Positions 8,652 to 18,769 of a stretch of DNA of 64,000 nt are shown piece after piece; position 1 is the first letter of the stretch; every line of letters starts with the position of its first letter. The position numbers were made by a program, and so were the translations under genes. The stretch comes from a virus: positions 1-64,000 of IMG/VR virus record IMGVR_UViG_3300030329_003470; one strand, written 5' to 3'. Under the pieces are notes generated by a model that had not been told where the DNA came from, made no database searches, and saw only the letters and a list, made by a program, of their open reading frames with translations.

Positions 8652-9994
8652 AGTTTTATTATAATGTTATCATGCCATTCCCAACTTGATGGCCTATGAT
8701 CATTATAATACAACGTTTTAGGTAAAGAATCAAGAAATCTTTTTAGGTTGTCTGTTCCAGCAGTGTAATAACCGCCGCCTATAGCAATTAGTGATGCTTT
8801 TGGTTTTATTTTTGATTTTATTAATGCTCTTGGTATTCTATTTCTTACAAATATTACTTTTGTTTCTTTGTCAATATATTTGAATTGTTTACTCAATTGA
8901 TGAACTTCATATAATATTTGGAATTGTGATTCTTCCATTTTACCTACAATATTATCGTTGTATTCGCAGTGTTCTTCTGTTGGTTTTTTTGGTTCTTTAA
9001 TATCAAAACCAAAAGACATATTTTTGTTTTCTATACCATGGCGTTCAAATGTTTTTAACCATTGTGACCATTCATCTGCATCTTCTTTTGAATTAGGATC
9101 GCCACTTACAGGCATAACAATAGGAAAACAATCTAGTTCTGATAGTCCTGCAAGTACATCATCTCTGCTGTATTCGTTTCGGTCAATCCATAGTTTATGA
9201 TAACTTCCGTGAGCAATTTTGCCACCTAGTTTTGACCAGGCCTTAACTTTAATATTTCTAGGATCAATACCAAAGTTTTTTAAACTATCAACTTGTAATA
9301 ATATTTTTTTATCTTTTAAATTGTTATTCCAATACTCGTCTAATGATTCAGATGCATTATCAATTACAATCTGGTCTCCAATAAGTCTTGCTTTAGGTTG
9401 TTTGTAGCCTTCAATTTCTTTTCTTACTGTGTAGTAATCATCAAGTAATGTTTGATCAACAAATTTAAAATCGTATCTAATTGCAATTAAAGTTAGATAA
9501 TATGTTGTAACATCAGTTTGTTTAAACGTCCACACTTTAGATTCACCTTCGTATTTTGCATATCCACCCGGTAATCCTTTTTTATCTTTTAGATGTCTAA
9601 TTAACGTAACAATTTTTTTATTGTAAGGAAAACGTAGTTCTATTTTTGGTTCTTCGTCTGTGTCGTCAATATATTTTTCTATGCTTTTTACAAAACTTAT
9701 TACCCTAAAAGGCTCTTCATATTTTGGACTATCTAATAAACTTTTAATATCCATACCATGTTTTTGAAACTTTGTTAGGTATCTTTTGAGAATTACCAGT
9801 GCTAATTTGGCCTGTTTTTCAGTCCAAGCATACTGAGCCTCCGCTAGAGATTTTACAGTTTCAAAATCTTTGTGATGAGGCTTAATCAGTGTATTTGGCG
9901 TTTTTGGGCCATGGTGCCAAAAATAATCATTATATGCTAATATTTTAAGTGCTTCGTTAATAGTTTTTGGGTTTTCTGTATGCATTTCGCTCAT
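8648..9994 (-). CDS. Hypothetical protein with a HARP-like segment
   Basis: IELRFPYNKKIVTLIRHLK...YEGESKVWTF resembles HARP modules; first gene of replication operon. Confidence 0.5.
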   Translation of the reverse strand: MSEMHTENPKTINEALKILAYNDYFWHHGPKTPNTLIKPHHKDFETVKSLAEAQYAWTEKQAKLALVILKRYLTKFQKHGMDIKSLLDSPKYEEPFRVISFVKSIEKYIDDTDEEPKIELRFPYNKKIVTLIRHLKDKKGLPGGYAKYEGESKVWTFKQTDVTTYYLTLIAIRYDFKFVDQTLLDDYYTVRKEIEGYKQPKARLIGDQIVIDNASESLDEYWNNNLKDKKILLQVDSLKNFGIDPRNIKVKAWSKLGGKIAHGSYHKLWIDRNEYSRDDVLAGLSELDCFPIVMPVSGDPNSKEDADEWSQWLKTFERHGIENKNMSFGFDIKEPKKPTEEHCEYNDNIVGKMEESQFQILYEVHQLSKQFKYIDKETKVIFVRNRIPRALIKSKIKPKASLIAIGGGYYTAGTDNLKRFLDSLPKTLYYNDHRPSSWEWHDNIIIKL

Positions 9995-10013
9995 GTGTTT
10001 CTAGATAATTAAT

Positions 10014-10041
10014 AGTATAACATAATGGTAATTTTTGTCAA
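10014..10041 (-). promoter_or_regulatory. Sigma70-like promoter for the replication operon
   Basis: TTGACA (10041-10036), 16 nt, extended -10 TGn-TATACT (10019-10014). Confidence 0.65.
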
Positions 10042-10044
10042 CCT

Positions 10045-10512
10045 ATGAAAAAACGTGTAAAAAGTCAAAGAAAAACACTAAAAAAACAGTTTAAGAGAAC
10101 TCTAACTGTTAAAGAAGGAGTGACTGCATATAAACCCACTCCGTTAGTTGCGGCACACTGGTATAGAAGATTAAATCAGTTGCTATTCAACAATAGATTA
10201 AGTGGTTGCGAAATACAAATTAAGAAACTACATCACGACTGGGGCAGATGTGTTGCTGATTGGGACAATAGACATTGTAGAAAAGGTACGTTCAATCAAA
10301 GAATTATTCCCTTCTATAAAACAGAAGTATTCTTTAGAATTGAATTACATTGTAAATTTCCAAAATGGAAAGACTTTATTGAAACATTAGCACACGAAAT
10401 GGTACATTTATATCAAATGCAAGTCATGAAAGACCCATATTCTAACCATAACGAAAAATTTTATTCTTTTAGAGATAAGTTTACTCAGGTTGGTTTAAGA
10501 CTTTATCGTTAA
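10045..10512 (+). CDS. SprT-like zinc metalloprotease
   Basis: TLAHEMVH (HExxH) followed by HNEKF; Y..LN..LF.N.L N-terminal pattern. Confidence 0.8.
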   Translation: MKKRVKSQRKTLKKQFKRTLTVKEGVTAYKPTPLVAAHWYRRLNQLLFNNRLSGCEIQIKKLHHDWGRCVADWDNRHCRKGTFNQRIIPFYKTEVFFRIELHCKFPKWKDFIETLAHEMVHLYQMQVMKDPYSNHNEKFYSFRDKFTQVGLRLYR

Positions 10513-11260
10513 ACTCTTTATAAGTCATTAAAAAACTATTTCCAACATCATATCCTGTTTGTACGTTGTGTAAGTATTCAGGCGGATTATCGTGGACTAT
10601 TGTAAAATTACAATAAGGTCTTTGCTTAAGATGATCCCTATACCATTTTAACCAATTATCAAATATTGTATCACCATGCCTAGGACCATAATGTTCAGTG
10701 TCTTGGTATATGTTATTAAGTTGATTTTTGCCATAGTCTCTAAAGTCAAACCCTATTAGATATAAATTTTTGTGTCCGTGTACACAGGCAGTCCAAATTG
10801 CTTGGTTGCCACTTATGGAATATGGATTGTCTGGAATTAAATGTAACACAGGCGGCCCACCTTTAGGGTGTCGATTAACTTCAAGTGACGGAGCATAGTG
10901 AAAACATTTTTCATATACTTTGTCTTTAACCATTGTATTTGTTACCTGTGCATCAATACTAAAAATATAATCTGGAATAAAATCTCGATATAAAGCATTA
11001 CAACCATAGGTTTGTCCTGTTGCTTTTAACGTAGTTAAATCAAAATCTTTACGCGAAGGACCGTTTCCTATAATATAAGCATTACCTCTAGGAACTGCTT
11101 TAACTCGGTCTTCGTAGTATCCTTTTTCTATAATTTTTTTACCTTTACGAAGAATTGTATTAACAGTAATAGTTTCACCCGTATAAGGTTGCCATTCAAT
11201 TGGCTCTTTGTGTCTTGCTTTTCTACGCCAATTAACTTGATTATAATGTTTTCTGTCCAT
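10481..11260 (-). CDS. DUF115/Maf/GT42-like glycosyltransferase
   Basis: AYIIGNGPSR, GCNALYRD..PDY, SG..A and LYLIGFDF motifs. Confidence 0.7.
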   Translation of the reverse strand: MDRKHYNQVNWRRKARHKEPIEWQPYTGETITVNTILRKGKKIIEKGYYEDRVKAVPRGNAYIIGNGPSRKDFDLTTLKATGQTYGCNALYRDFIPDYIFSIDAQVTNTMVKDKVYEKCFHYAPSLEVNRHPKGGPPVLHLIPDNPYSISGNQAIWTACVHGHKNLYLIGFDFRDYGKNQLNNIYQDTEHYGPRHGDTIFDNWLKWYRDHLKQRPYCNFTIVHDNPPEYLHNVQTGYDVGNSFLMTYKEFNDKVLNQPE

Positions 11261-11864
11261 ATTTTTTAAATGTATAAACGTTTTCTTGTTTTTTTGTTAA
11301 CAGCCATTCTTGGTTTTGCAAAAACCAAACCACATCATCTACATCAGCAGACGTGCTGTAATCAGTTAGTCCTAATACGTTATATTCTTTTGGGTTTGTA
11401 AAACTACCTTCTGTCTCATCATAAGTTTGATGACGAAGAATTATGTAGTTTGCATTAATTTTTTGCAAAATACGATTTAAATGTTCTTTCCATTGTGTTC
11501 CAAAAAACGGAATCAATCCAAGCATAAAAAGAACATCTGTATCAATAGTTTCATCTACTTCGTCTATTGTACTATAAAATTTTGTGTTTGGTAGTAGTTT
11601 GGCACACACTTTTATAAAATCTTTGTTTGGATCAATACCGTGTGTTGTTTGTAAATTAAATTTTTCTAAAGCATAAGCATTAGAAATTCCTAACCAAATC
11701 CCAACGTCAACACATTTTTTATCTTGAAGAATATCTTTATTAGACTCATATGTAGATTCCCAATGACGATCCATTGAACTTTTACATTGTTCGTAGAATT
11801 GATCAAGTGTTGTTACACTTTTAACTTTATTAAAAGACTGTACTAAAAACTTTTTATCTGTCAT
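11241..11864 (-). CDS. Class I SAM-dependent methyltransferase
   Basis: VDVGIWLG motif I, GIDPN motif II. Confidence 0.65.
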   Translation of the reverse strand: MTDKKFLVQSFNKVKSVTTLDQFYEQCKSSMDRHWESTYESNKDILQDKKCVDVGIWLGISNAYALEKFNLQTTHGIDPNKDFIKVCAKLLPNTKFYSTIDEVDETIDTDVLFMLGLIPFFGTQWKEHLNRILQKINANYIILRHQTYDETEGSFTNPKEYNVLGLTDYSTSADVDDVVWFLQNQEWLLTKKQENVYTFKKYGQKTL

Positions 11865-12733
11865 TTTAAATATTTTTCCTCTAATTGTTTTTTAATTCTT
11901 TTCCATGGTTTACCTTTTGCTATCTCATCTGGCCACCATTCAGTATATGCTAACTGATTTGCCCATGTTTGTCTATCTGGTCTTTCTGGATTATTAATAT
12001 TAGCAAGTGATTTATTACCAACATCATAACTTAAACTAGCCTCTGAAACAAATACAGGCACACCATTAAACACAGATTGCATAGCAGGATTACTTGAATA
12101 GTTAACAACGGCCCAAGCACTTTTTAATCTCTTGTTAAAATCGGTATCGTCATATGTATTTCTATCTCTAACAGGATGAACTACTTTTACATTTTCAAAC
12201 TTTTTAGTGTCTATGTGTATATTATTTCTTGGGTGTGGTCTAATTACTATTGTTCTTTTACTGTATTTTCTTATCTCTGTAATTTGTTGTTCAAACCATT
12301 TTTGCATTGGAGGATTATTTCTCCATTGATGACTATTGTGATGTTGTCCACAAATAATTATTTCTTCACCTACGTGTGTCCATGGTTTAAGATCTATATT
12401 AAATTTTTTCCAACGTTCACCATCAACATCTTTGTTAACAAAATCTGCTTCTCTGTTAATACCATTAATTCCAATTTTCCAAGTTTCGTTCCTTTTTATT
12501 CCACCAACTTCAACTACTATAACAGGTTTATTTTTTGTTCGGTAGTTCTCCCATATTGGACGATAATGAGCCATTCTACCTTGCCATAACACCGACCATA
12601 TTACTGCTACATCACAGTTGTCGTCTTTATCTATAAGAACTGTATCGCCAGCATCTTGCATACTTTTTATTAAAGAACCAAATATAGGTTTAGAATTAAG
12701 TGGTCCGTATCTTGTAAAACAACTTATTTTCAT
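11861..12733 (-). CDS. KpsS/KpsC-like (capsule polysaccharide, GT107-like) glycosyltransferase, paralogue 1
   Basis: IVIRPHPR, VVNYSS..AMQSVFNGVPVF, LAY.EW..DE C-terminal signature. Confidence 0.65.
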   Translation of the reverse strand: MKISCFTRYGPLNSKPIFGSLIKSMQDAGDTVLIDKDDNCDVAVIWSVLWQGRMAHYRPIWENYRTKNKPVIVVEVGGIKRNETWKIGINGINREADFVNKDVDGERWKKFNIDLKPWTHVGEEIIICGQHHNSHQWRNNPPMQKWFEQQITEIRKYSKRTIVIRPHPRNNIHIDTKKFENVKVVHPVRDRNTYDDTDFNKRLKSAWAVVNYSSNPAMQSVFNGVPVFVSEASLSYDVGNKSLANINNPERPDRQTWANQLAYTEWWPDEIAKGKPWKRIKKQLEEKYLK

Positions 12734-13599
12734 TTATTTTTCCAGTAATCAACTTTTGTCATTTTAGGTGTTTTTCTAATATCTTCTGCACGTGAACTTT
12801 TAAAAGTTTTTCTATCTCCCTTAAAGTGATCAATGTAAAGTCCAAGTTCACTATTAACAAAAACATGATGTCCTTTTACACCTTTAGAATAACCAATATC
12901 ATTTACTTTTGCATTATGTTTTTGTTTATATTCTTTAGTCATGTGCCAAAATAGAAATGAATCATGCCATTCAAGTAAGTCAAATATACTTGCAGAAGTA
13001 TAAAGTTTTTCCCAATCTGTAACAAAATTTTGTACTAATGGATGTTTAATATTGTAACAAACAAGTCCACATTCTGGATATTTGTTACTGCCTATTTTAT
13101 TTTCTCTGCCAAGATATGTAACTAGTGTGTTGTTTGGACACAGTTCTTCTATAAAACTTTTAGGTATGTCTCTGAATGTATATGTGTCATCATCGAGCCA
13201 TATAACATAGTCATAATTTTGATTGTTTCTTATTGCGTGTGTAATACATGATACTTTGTAACTAAATTTTACTGCATTCCACAAATAAGATTCTTTAAAA
13301 GCATCTCTACCGCCTTCAGTTGCTAAACGTGGCGAACGTCTTACGCCATTAGGAATACCCTCAAGTTGACCATTAGCAACAGGATCATTTTTATAATCTT
13401 CTCTAAAATTGTGTAAGTTTGGATTTGCTTTATCAATATCAATCCAATCTATTCTTTTGTCGTCCAATACAGGTTGCTTACCTTGATAGTAAACTGTAAT
13501 TGCAACGTTGGGCCATCTTTGCAAAACAGACTCAACCATTCGTTTTGAATACTTGTCCCAGTCTCCAGGTTTAAATGTTGTAATTACTTTGTATTTCAT
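12730..13599 (-). CDS. GT-A fold nucleotide-diphospho-sugar transferase
   Basis: VITTF, KFSYKV, WLDDD (DxD), ECGLV, HDSF, DHFKG motifs. Confidence 0.7.
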   Translation of the reverse strand: MKYKVITTFKPGDWDKYSKRMVESVLQRWPNVAITVYYQGKQPVLDDKRIDWIDIDKANPNLHNFREDYKNDPVANGQLEGIPNGVRRSPRLATEGGRDAFKESYLWNAVKFSYKVSCITHAIRNNQNYDYVIWLDDDTYTFRDIPKSFIEELCPNNTLVTYLGRENKIGSNKYPECGLVCYNIKHPLVQNFVTDWEKLYTSASIFDLLEWHDSFLFWHMTKEYKQKHNAKVNDIGYSKGVKGHHVFVNSELGLYIDHFKGDRKTFKSSRAEDIRKTPKMTKVDYWKNK

Positions 13600-15380
13600 A
13601 ATTTTATTTTATAAGTTTTAAGCCAGTCATTAATTATCCAAGCAGGTAACAATGCCTTGCCTGCTTTTTGACTTGCCTTAACAATATTTAAATGTGCAGT
13701 TGTGTTGTGTGCATTAATTACACCCAAACGAGATTCATAAAACTTTTTAATTTCTTTACTCATATTCATTGTTAACCAATACCCAATTGGAACAGTCCAT
13801 CCTGTTTTGTATTTGTTAATGATATGTGTAGGTAGATGTTTTTTATATGCAATTTTTGTTAAAAGTTTTGTTTGACTTTTTTGTGGTCCAATTTTTTCAC
13901 TGCTTGGAATATTCATACAATATTGCATAAACATTTTAGTTGCTAACGGAAAACGTCCTTCCATACCATAAGCCATTCCAAATTTATCGTTTCTATTAAA
14001 AAATTCTTCTGGTACTTGAGTTACACAGTCTAATGCCATATAAGAGTTTACTGGATCTTTTGGATTGTATAAGTCATCAGGATACAATTTTAGCATCTCT
14101 TCTTTTATTACGTTCTTGTCTATGTCTCCACCAATGTCTGCTAATAACAACGGTCTTTTTATCCTGTTCATCCATAAACTTACTATGTCACTCCATGATT
14201 CAATTTTTGGTTTGCCAATTTGCCTTACAAGAAAATCAGCACCTTTCATTTTCCAATATTTTGGATAACCTCCTAGTATTTCGTCTCCCATATCTCCTGC
14301 CATTGTAACTACAACTCCATGTTCGTGTAAAACTTTGTTAGTGTAACAATACATTGGCACACTTTGATTATACATAGGTTGCTCCATAAAATACATTGAG
14401 TCATCCCAACACTCAATCATTTTTTGTGGAGTAATTTCTATTTCAGTATGTTTGTATCCTTCTATCTCTGCAAGTGTTTTTGCCGCATTAGCATCACTGT
14501 TAAAATTTTCTTCAGTTATAACATTAGGATTCATTTTATTTGTAAACGTAAGTGCTGGTGGCATTATTTTATTAAGTTCGTGTGCAACTAAACTAGAATC
14601 TAACCCGCCACTTAAGAATACACCAATTTTTCTTTGTCCAATACTACACATTTTAACTGTGTTATGTCCCATTGTTCTAAACTCTTCTGGATTAAACTTT
14701 TCAGTGCTATTTGGTTTTATAAAAATTCTTTTAATATTTTTGATTCTTTTATTTGGTATATCGTAAACTAGTGTTTCACCTGCTAATAATTTTTTAATAT
14801 TACCAAACACTGTATTACGTGTAGCATTTATTCCTGTGTGTGCTAAACAACTCATTGCTAGTTTATCAACTGATCTTGACCCAGGAACTTTGTCTAACAT
14901 ACCTTTTATTTCAGAACCAAACACTAATCCTTGTTTTACTTCAGCATAGTACACAGGTTTTATTCCTGCATGATCTCTGCTTAATGTAATTTGTTTTTTC
15001 TTTGGTTCATAGTAAGCAAACCCGTGCATTGAATCTATCTCTTCTATAAAACTCAATCCAAATTCGTCTAGTCCCCAAGCAAGTAGTTCTGTATCACAAC
15101 CTGTAATACCAGCAAAGCCTTTGCCTTTATACTTTTCTTTTAGTTCGTAGTAGTTGAATATTTCACCATTATATACAAGTGTATTACCTTTAGGTGTTTT
15201 CCATGGTTGTATTGATAGTTGAGGATTTGCCATAATACTTAAAAGATTATGTCCAAGTGTTACATTGTGGTCTGGATCCCACCAAACTTTATTTCCGTCG
15301 GGTCCTCTATGGTCACAAGTTTTAATATAATTTTGAATAAAAGTAGGATCGTGATCAGTTATTCCGTATATACCACACAT
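13596..15380 (-). CDS. asnB: Asparagine synthase (glutamine-hydrolysing) family amidotransferase
   Basis: MCGIYG Ntn start, HRGPD, NGEIFNY, RDHAGIKP, LSGGLDSS, AGDMGDEILGGY, EGRFP. Confidence 0.9.
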   Translation of the reverse strand: MCGIYGITDHDPTFIQNYIKTCDHRGPDGNKVWWDPDHNVTLGHNLLSIMANPQLSIQPWKTPKGNTLVYNGEIFNYYELKEKYKGKGFAGITGCDTELLAWGLDEFGLSFIEEIDSMHGFAYYEPKKKQITLSRDHAGIKPVYYAEVKQGLVFGSEIKGMLDKVPGSRSVDKLAMSCLAHTGINATRNTVFGNIKKLLAGETLVYDIPNKRIKNIKRIFIKPNSTEKFNPEEFRTMGHNTVKMCSIGQRKIGVFLSGGLDSSLVAHELNKIMPPALTFTNKMNPNVITEENFNSDANAAKTLAEIEGYKHTEIEITPQKMIECWDDSMYFMEQPMYNQSVPMYCYTNKVLHEHGVVVTMAGDMGDEILGGYPKYWKMKGADFLVRQIGKPKIESWSDIVSLWMNRIKRPLLLADIGGDIDKNVIKEEMLKLYPDDLYNPKDPVNSYMALDCVTQVPEEFFNRNDKFGMAYGMEGRFPLATKMFMQYCMNIPSSEKIGPQKSQTKLLTKIAYKKHLPTHIINKYKTGWTVPIGYWLTMNMSKEIKKFYESRLGVINAHNTTAHLNIVKASQKAGKALLPAWIINDWLKTYKIKL

Positions 15381-15381
15381 A

Positions 15382-16368
15382 TTATAATCCTAATTTTGTT
15401 TTAAAACGTTTGAATACTGTACCGTCTCTAACTTCTTTTTCTGTCCATTGTTTGTAACCTAAGTCGTATACCCACTGGTCTCTGTCTGGGTATTCTGGGT
15501 TTTCAATTTTAGATAAATCTTTATTGGCTACAGGCCAAGCAAGTGCAAGATCTGAGGTAACAAAGGTAGGTATTCCACGAATGCAAGAGTCGATGCAGGC
15601 AGTAGAATTGTGAGTAACAACAGCATGACAATTATTTAATGCGTCTTGGTAATTAAATCTATAGTACTTTTTTTCATCTCCTTTAAAAAACTTTTGGCCA
15701 ATTATAACTTCTACACCGTCTTTAGGAAATTCGTCTAATCGTTTTTCCATTGCCGCAACGTGATTTGGATGTGGCCGAACTATAAATTTTCTTTTTGTTA
15801 AAGGTCGAAGTTTCTTGTAAACATCTTTAAACCATTCTATAGGATCAAGTTCGTTCATAGACCAGTTATCACTAGGTTGTAAAACAAAAAGTATTGGATC
15901 ATTAGGATTTAATTTTTTCCACTGAGCATAGTTTATATTCCATATTTTTTTCATTCGTTCCCATCTATCAGGCGGACTGTTATCACTTAAAAAGTTTCCG
16001 TTGTTCATTGGAGAATATAATGCTACACGCCAATGGTGGTTAGGATCTGTTATTGTGTTTCCAAAACTAGATAATATGCCTCCGTCAAATGTAATAATGT
16101 AAATGCCTTTTTTCTTTGCACGTTCAACTAAATCTCTTCGTCTGCCTTTAGTGTGGTGCATTTGTTTTGATCCACCATAACCAAACATACAACCTATCTT
16201 TGTGTGTGGCTCCATTTCGTCTTTTTGCCATTGGCCTTCCATATTTTCGTTTACAATAACAGGTTCATCTCCACAAGCCTTTATACCTTCTGCCATGTAT
16301 TTTAGTAGGTCCCAACTAGCACCTCTACGTCTATCTTTTACTGTTCTTCTAAAAATTTCAACTTTCAT
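15382..16368 (-). CDS. KpsS-like glycosyltransferase, paralogue 2
   Basis: LQPSDN, FIVRPHPN, VVTHNSTACIDSCIRGIPTF, LGYKQWT..E. Confidence 0.65.
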   Translation of the reverse strand: MKVEIFRRTVKDRRRGASWDLLKYMAEGIKACGDEPVIVNENMEGQWQKDEMEPHTKIGCMFGYGGSKQMHHTKGRRRDLVERAKKKGIYIITFDGGILSSFGNTITDPNHHWRVALYSPMNNGNFLSDNSPPDRWERMKKIWNINYAQWKKLNPNDPILFVLQPSDNWSMNELDPIEWFKDVYKKLRPLTKRKFIVRPHPNHVAAMEKRLDEFPKDGVEVIIGQKFFKGDEKKYYRFNYQDALNNCHAVVTHNSTACIDSCIRGIPTFVTSDLALAWPVANKDLSKIENPEYPDRDQWVYDLGYKQWTEKEVRDGTVFKRFKTKLGL

Positions 16369-17179
16369 ATGTGTATTTTAAATCTTTCCTAATGAATAAC
16401 ATTTCTAACATTAGTTTGTCTCTTCTTCTGTTTAAAAATGCATCGTAACCATGCTGTTTAAATTTTTCAACAACTGCTTTTGCTTTTGCTAACGAAGTAT
16501 GAATATCATCAAATATAAGTTCAAATTCAGTTGCTAACATTTTAATATTAATGTTATTGTCTAATATTTCGTCACTTATCTCTTTCCAAAGTCCTTCGAT
16601 ATCCGCTTTAACAATATCTACAGAATCCCATTCTAATTCTTTCATTATAGTTCTTATATTTTTAGTTTCAACATTTACTGATTTAAACTTTTCGTTTTGT
16701 TTTATTAGAGAAAAACTTTGTGTTAAATGTTGAAGTTTATTTTCTCTTAAATGTGTATTATGTTCTTCTTCTCTGTTAGGATCGTAATAAAATTTTTGTT
16801 CACCTGGGGTATGACTATATGCCCATGGAAAAAATTGTATTTTTGTAGACAGCCATTTGTTCCTATCAATATCATCTATTTCTTTTCTTCCATTAGATCT
16901 AATAATGCCTTTTATATTGTATACTGTATACGGTGTAGGATCAAACATAGCAAGTTTTATTTGGTCGTTTTCGTGTAGTAATAATTTTTCAAATTTACAA
17001 TCTCCACCTACTCCAAAACTTAACACAGCCTCAGATTGTCTTATTAATTTTTGAGGTGCATAATAGTTGTGATATTTTTTAAAGCCTATGTCTTTTGCTT
17101 CTAATAGGCCCATATCTTTTTCCCATTGTCTTATTATTTTTACTCTTTCAACCACGTGTGGTTTAACTCTATCTGCCAT
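16358..17179 (-). CDS. FkbM-like methyltransferase
   Basis: LSFGVG.D..FE, FDPTP, IVKADIEG motifs. Confidence 0.7.
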   Translation of the reverse strand: MADRVKPHVVERVKIIRQWEKDMGLLEAKDIGFKKYHNYYAPQKLIRQSEAVLSFGVGGDCKFEKLLLHENDQIKLAMFDPTPYTVYNIKGIIRSNGRKEIDDIDRNKWLSTKIQFFPWAYSHTPGEQKFYYDPNREEEHNTHLRENKLQHLTQSFSLIKQNEKFKSVNVETKNIRTIMKELEWDSVDIVKADIEGLWKEISDEILDNNINIKMLATEFELIFDDIHTSLAKAKAVVEKFKQHGYDAFLNRRRDKLMLEMLFIRKDLKYTYES

Positions 17180-17984
17180 CTAATACCTCCAAATAGTAAC
17201 CGTTTCTAAATTCTTCTTGTGTAAACTGATTATAAGCAAGACTGTTTAATACAGGTCTTGGATCTTCATATCTAGGTGTTTCTATTTTACTAAAGTCTTG
17301 TTCACATATTGGTAAGCATGGGTTATCAAAGTTTGCAAAAGCAGGTACACCGTTTGTTAATGCTTTAATTGTAATTGAACTATTAAATGTTACAACTGCA
17401 TGAACCTTATCCCACTCAAAAGGTTTTGCTGGTTGATTATTTTCACTTTTGCCAGGCACCATTTTTCCTTCTCCGTCTATTATTGCCGCAGGGTTATAAG
17501 GTTTTTCTCTTACTACAAGTTCTCTATCTGTATTTTCTTTTAAAATTTTTAATGTGTTGTCTAGCCAATCTTTGCCATTAAACATTTTTGCCATAGCATG
17601 ACTAGGCGGTACAACTAATACATATTTGCCATTTTTATGAAACGGTTTAAGTTCTCCTTTAAATGTTTTTTTAAACCTGTCATCTGGTTTATGATCAACA
17701 AAAGTTTTAACGTGTTCGTTTTTTACACATCTCATCCAATAAGGTGTTGCTCTACTTTCTCCCCAATAAGGTCTATCAATGTAGTAAAAATCTTTTTTGT
17801 TGTTTTGTGCGTGTTTGTAAACTAAATGTGTGCCTCGTAATACTCCCATAAAGACAACTTTATCAAAATCTGTTGTACTTAAAACTGTTTCGTAGTTTGT
17901 TAATTTACAATTTGGCATTCCTCGAGCCGCACTTTCAACATATTTTTCAGTTTTAACACGTTCAGTTCTTACTGCGTAATTCAT
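17169..17984 (-). CDS. KpsS-like glycosyltransferase, paralogue 3
   Basis: VVREKP, VVTFNSSITIKALTNGVPAF, LAYNQFT.EE. Confidence 0.65.
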   Translation of the reverse strand: MNYAVRTERVKTEKYVESAARGMPNCKLTNYETVLSTTDFDKVVFMGVLRGTHLVYKHAQNNKKDFYYIDRPYWGESRATPYWMRCVKNEHVKTFVDHKPDDRFKKTFKGELKPFHKNGKYVLVVPPSHAMAKMFNGKDWLDNTLKILKENTDRELVVREKPYNPAAIIDGEGKMVPGKSENNQPAKPFEWDKVHAVVTFNSSITIKALTNGVPAFANFDNPCLPICEQDFSKIETPRYEDPRPVLNSLAYNQFTQEEFRNGYYLEVLDGR

Positions 17985-18769
17985 TATCTTATTTCTTGCA
18001 CCTCATACATTTTAGCAAAACCTCTTTTAAATTCACCAATAATATTCACACTACGTCTATAGGTAGTTGGACTAATTCTTTTAGAAACACTGTGTACTGT
18101 ATTTGTAGAGTTATTAGCAAACATAACAAACGTATTTCTTTTATAAGGAATAGTTTTAACAACAGGTCCTAAGTCTTCGTCAAATACTTGTCTTCCTTTA
18201 GTCATATCAACTTTAGAAACTTTATTTTTTACATTGTGTAATTGAAACTCTCCGCCAATACTTTCATCATTTTTGTAAGGCATATACATTAATCCTGCCC
18301 ACATTTCCATTGGGTTGTCGATGTGAGGAGTACGAGATGTTGTTTCAGTTATTGGTTTATGCATAACTGTTTGGCAATCAGTCCAGATATTTTTATTTTT
18401 ATCTGCCCAACCTCTAGCACCTAGGTCGTTAGTAGTAAATTTTTTGTGCAACACCTTTGGCATATAGTCTTTAAAAAGTTCGTTAACTTCATTGAACCAT
18501 TCAGCAGAAGTGTGATATTCAGTAAACTTACGCCATATTTCAGGTTGAAATTTTTGGTCAAGCATTATGTTTGCTTTCATTCTATAACATATTCCATCGT
18601 CGAATGGTTGTGTATCTAAAATTTGTTTTTCTGGAAAAGTATTTTCTAATTCCTCATATAAATCCCAAGGTAATGCTTCTTCAATTACCACGTGAGGATA
18701 TGGTTCACTTTGTACTTGTGGACGTTTTTGTAATAAAGAATACATAGTTTTTATTATACTTTCAATCAA
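17984..18769 (-). CDS. 2OG-Fe(II) oxygenase
   Basis: PHID (HxD), GGEFQL, PYKRN..V.F, HSV...R. Confidence 0.75.
   Translation of the reverse strand: MIESIIKTMYSLLQKRPQVQSEPYPHVVIEEALPWDLYEELENTFPEKQILDTQPFDDGICYRMKANIMLDQKFQPEIWRKFTEYHTSAEWFNEVNELFKDYMPKVLHKKFTTNDLGARGWADKNKNIWTDCQTVMHKPITETTSRTPHIDNPMEMWAGLMYMPYKNDESIGGEFQLHNVKNKVSKVDMTKGRQVFDEDLGPVVKTIPYKRNTFVMFANNSTNTVHSVSKRISPTTYRRSVNIIGEFKRGFAKMYEVQEIR

Noticed and set aside
10481-10512. Convergent 3' overlaps (SprT/GT 32 nt; 25070-25083 14 nt) as antisense regulation
   Set aside because: Short tail-to-tail overlaps are common in compact phage genomes; no further evidence.
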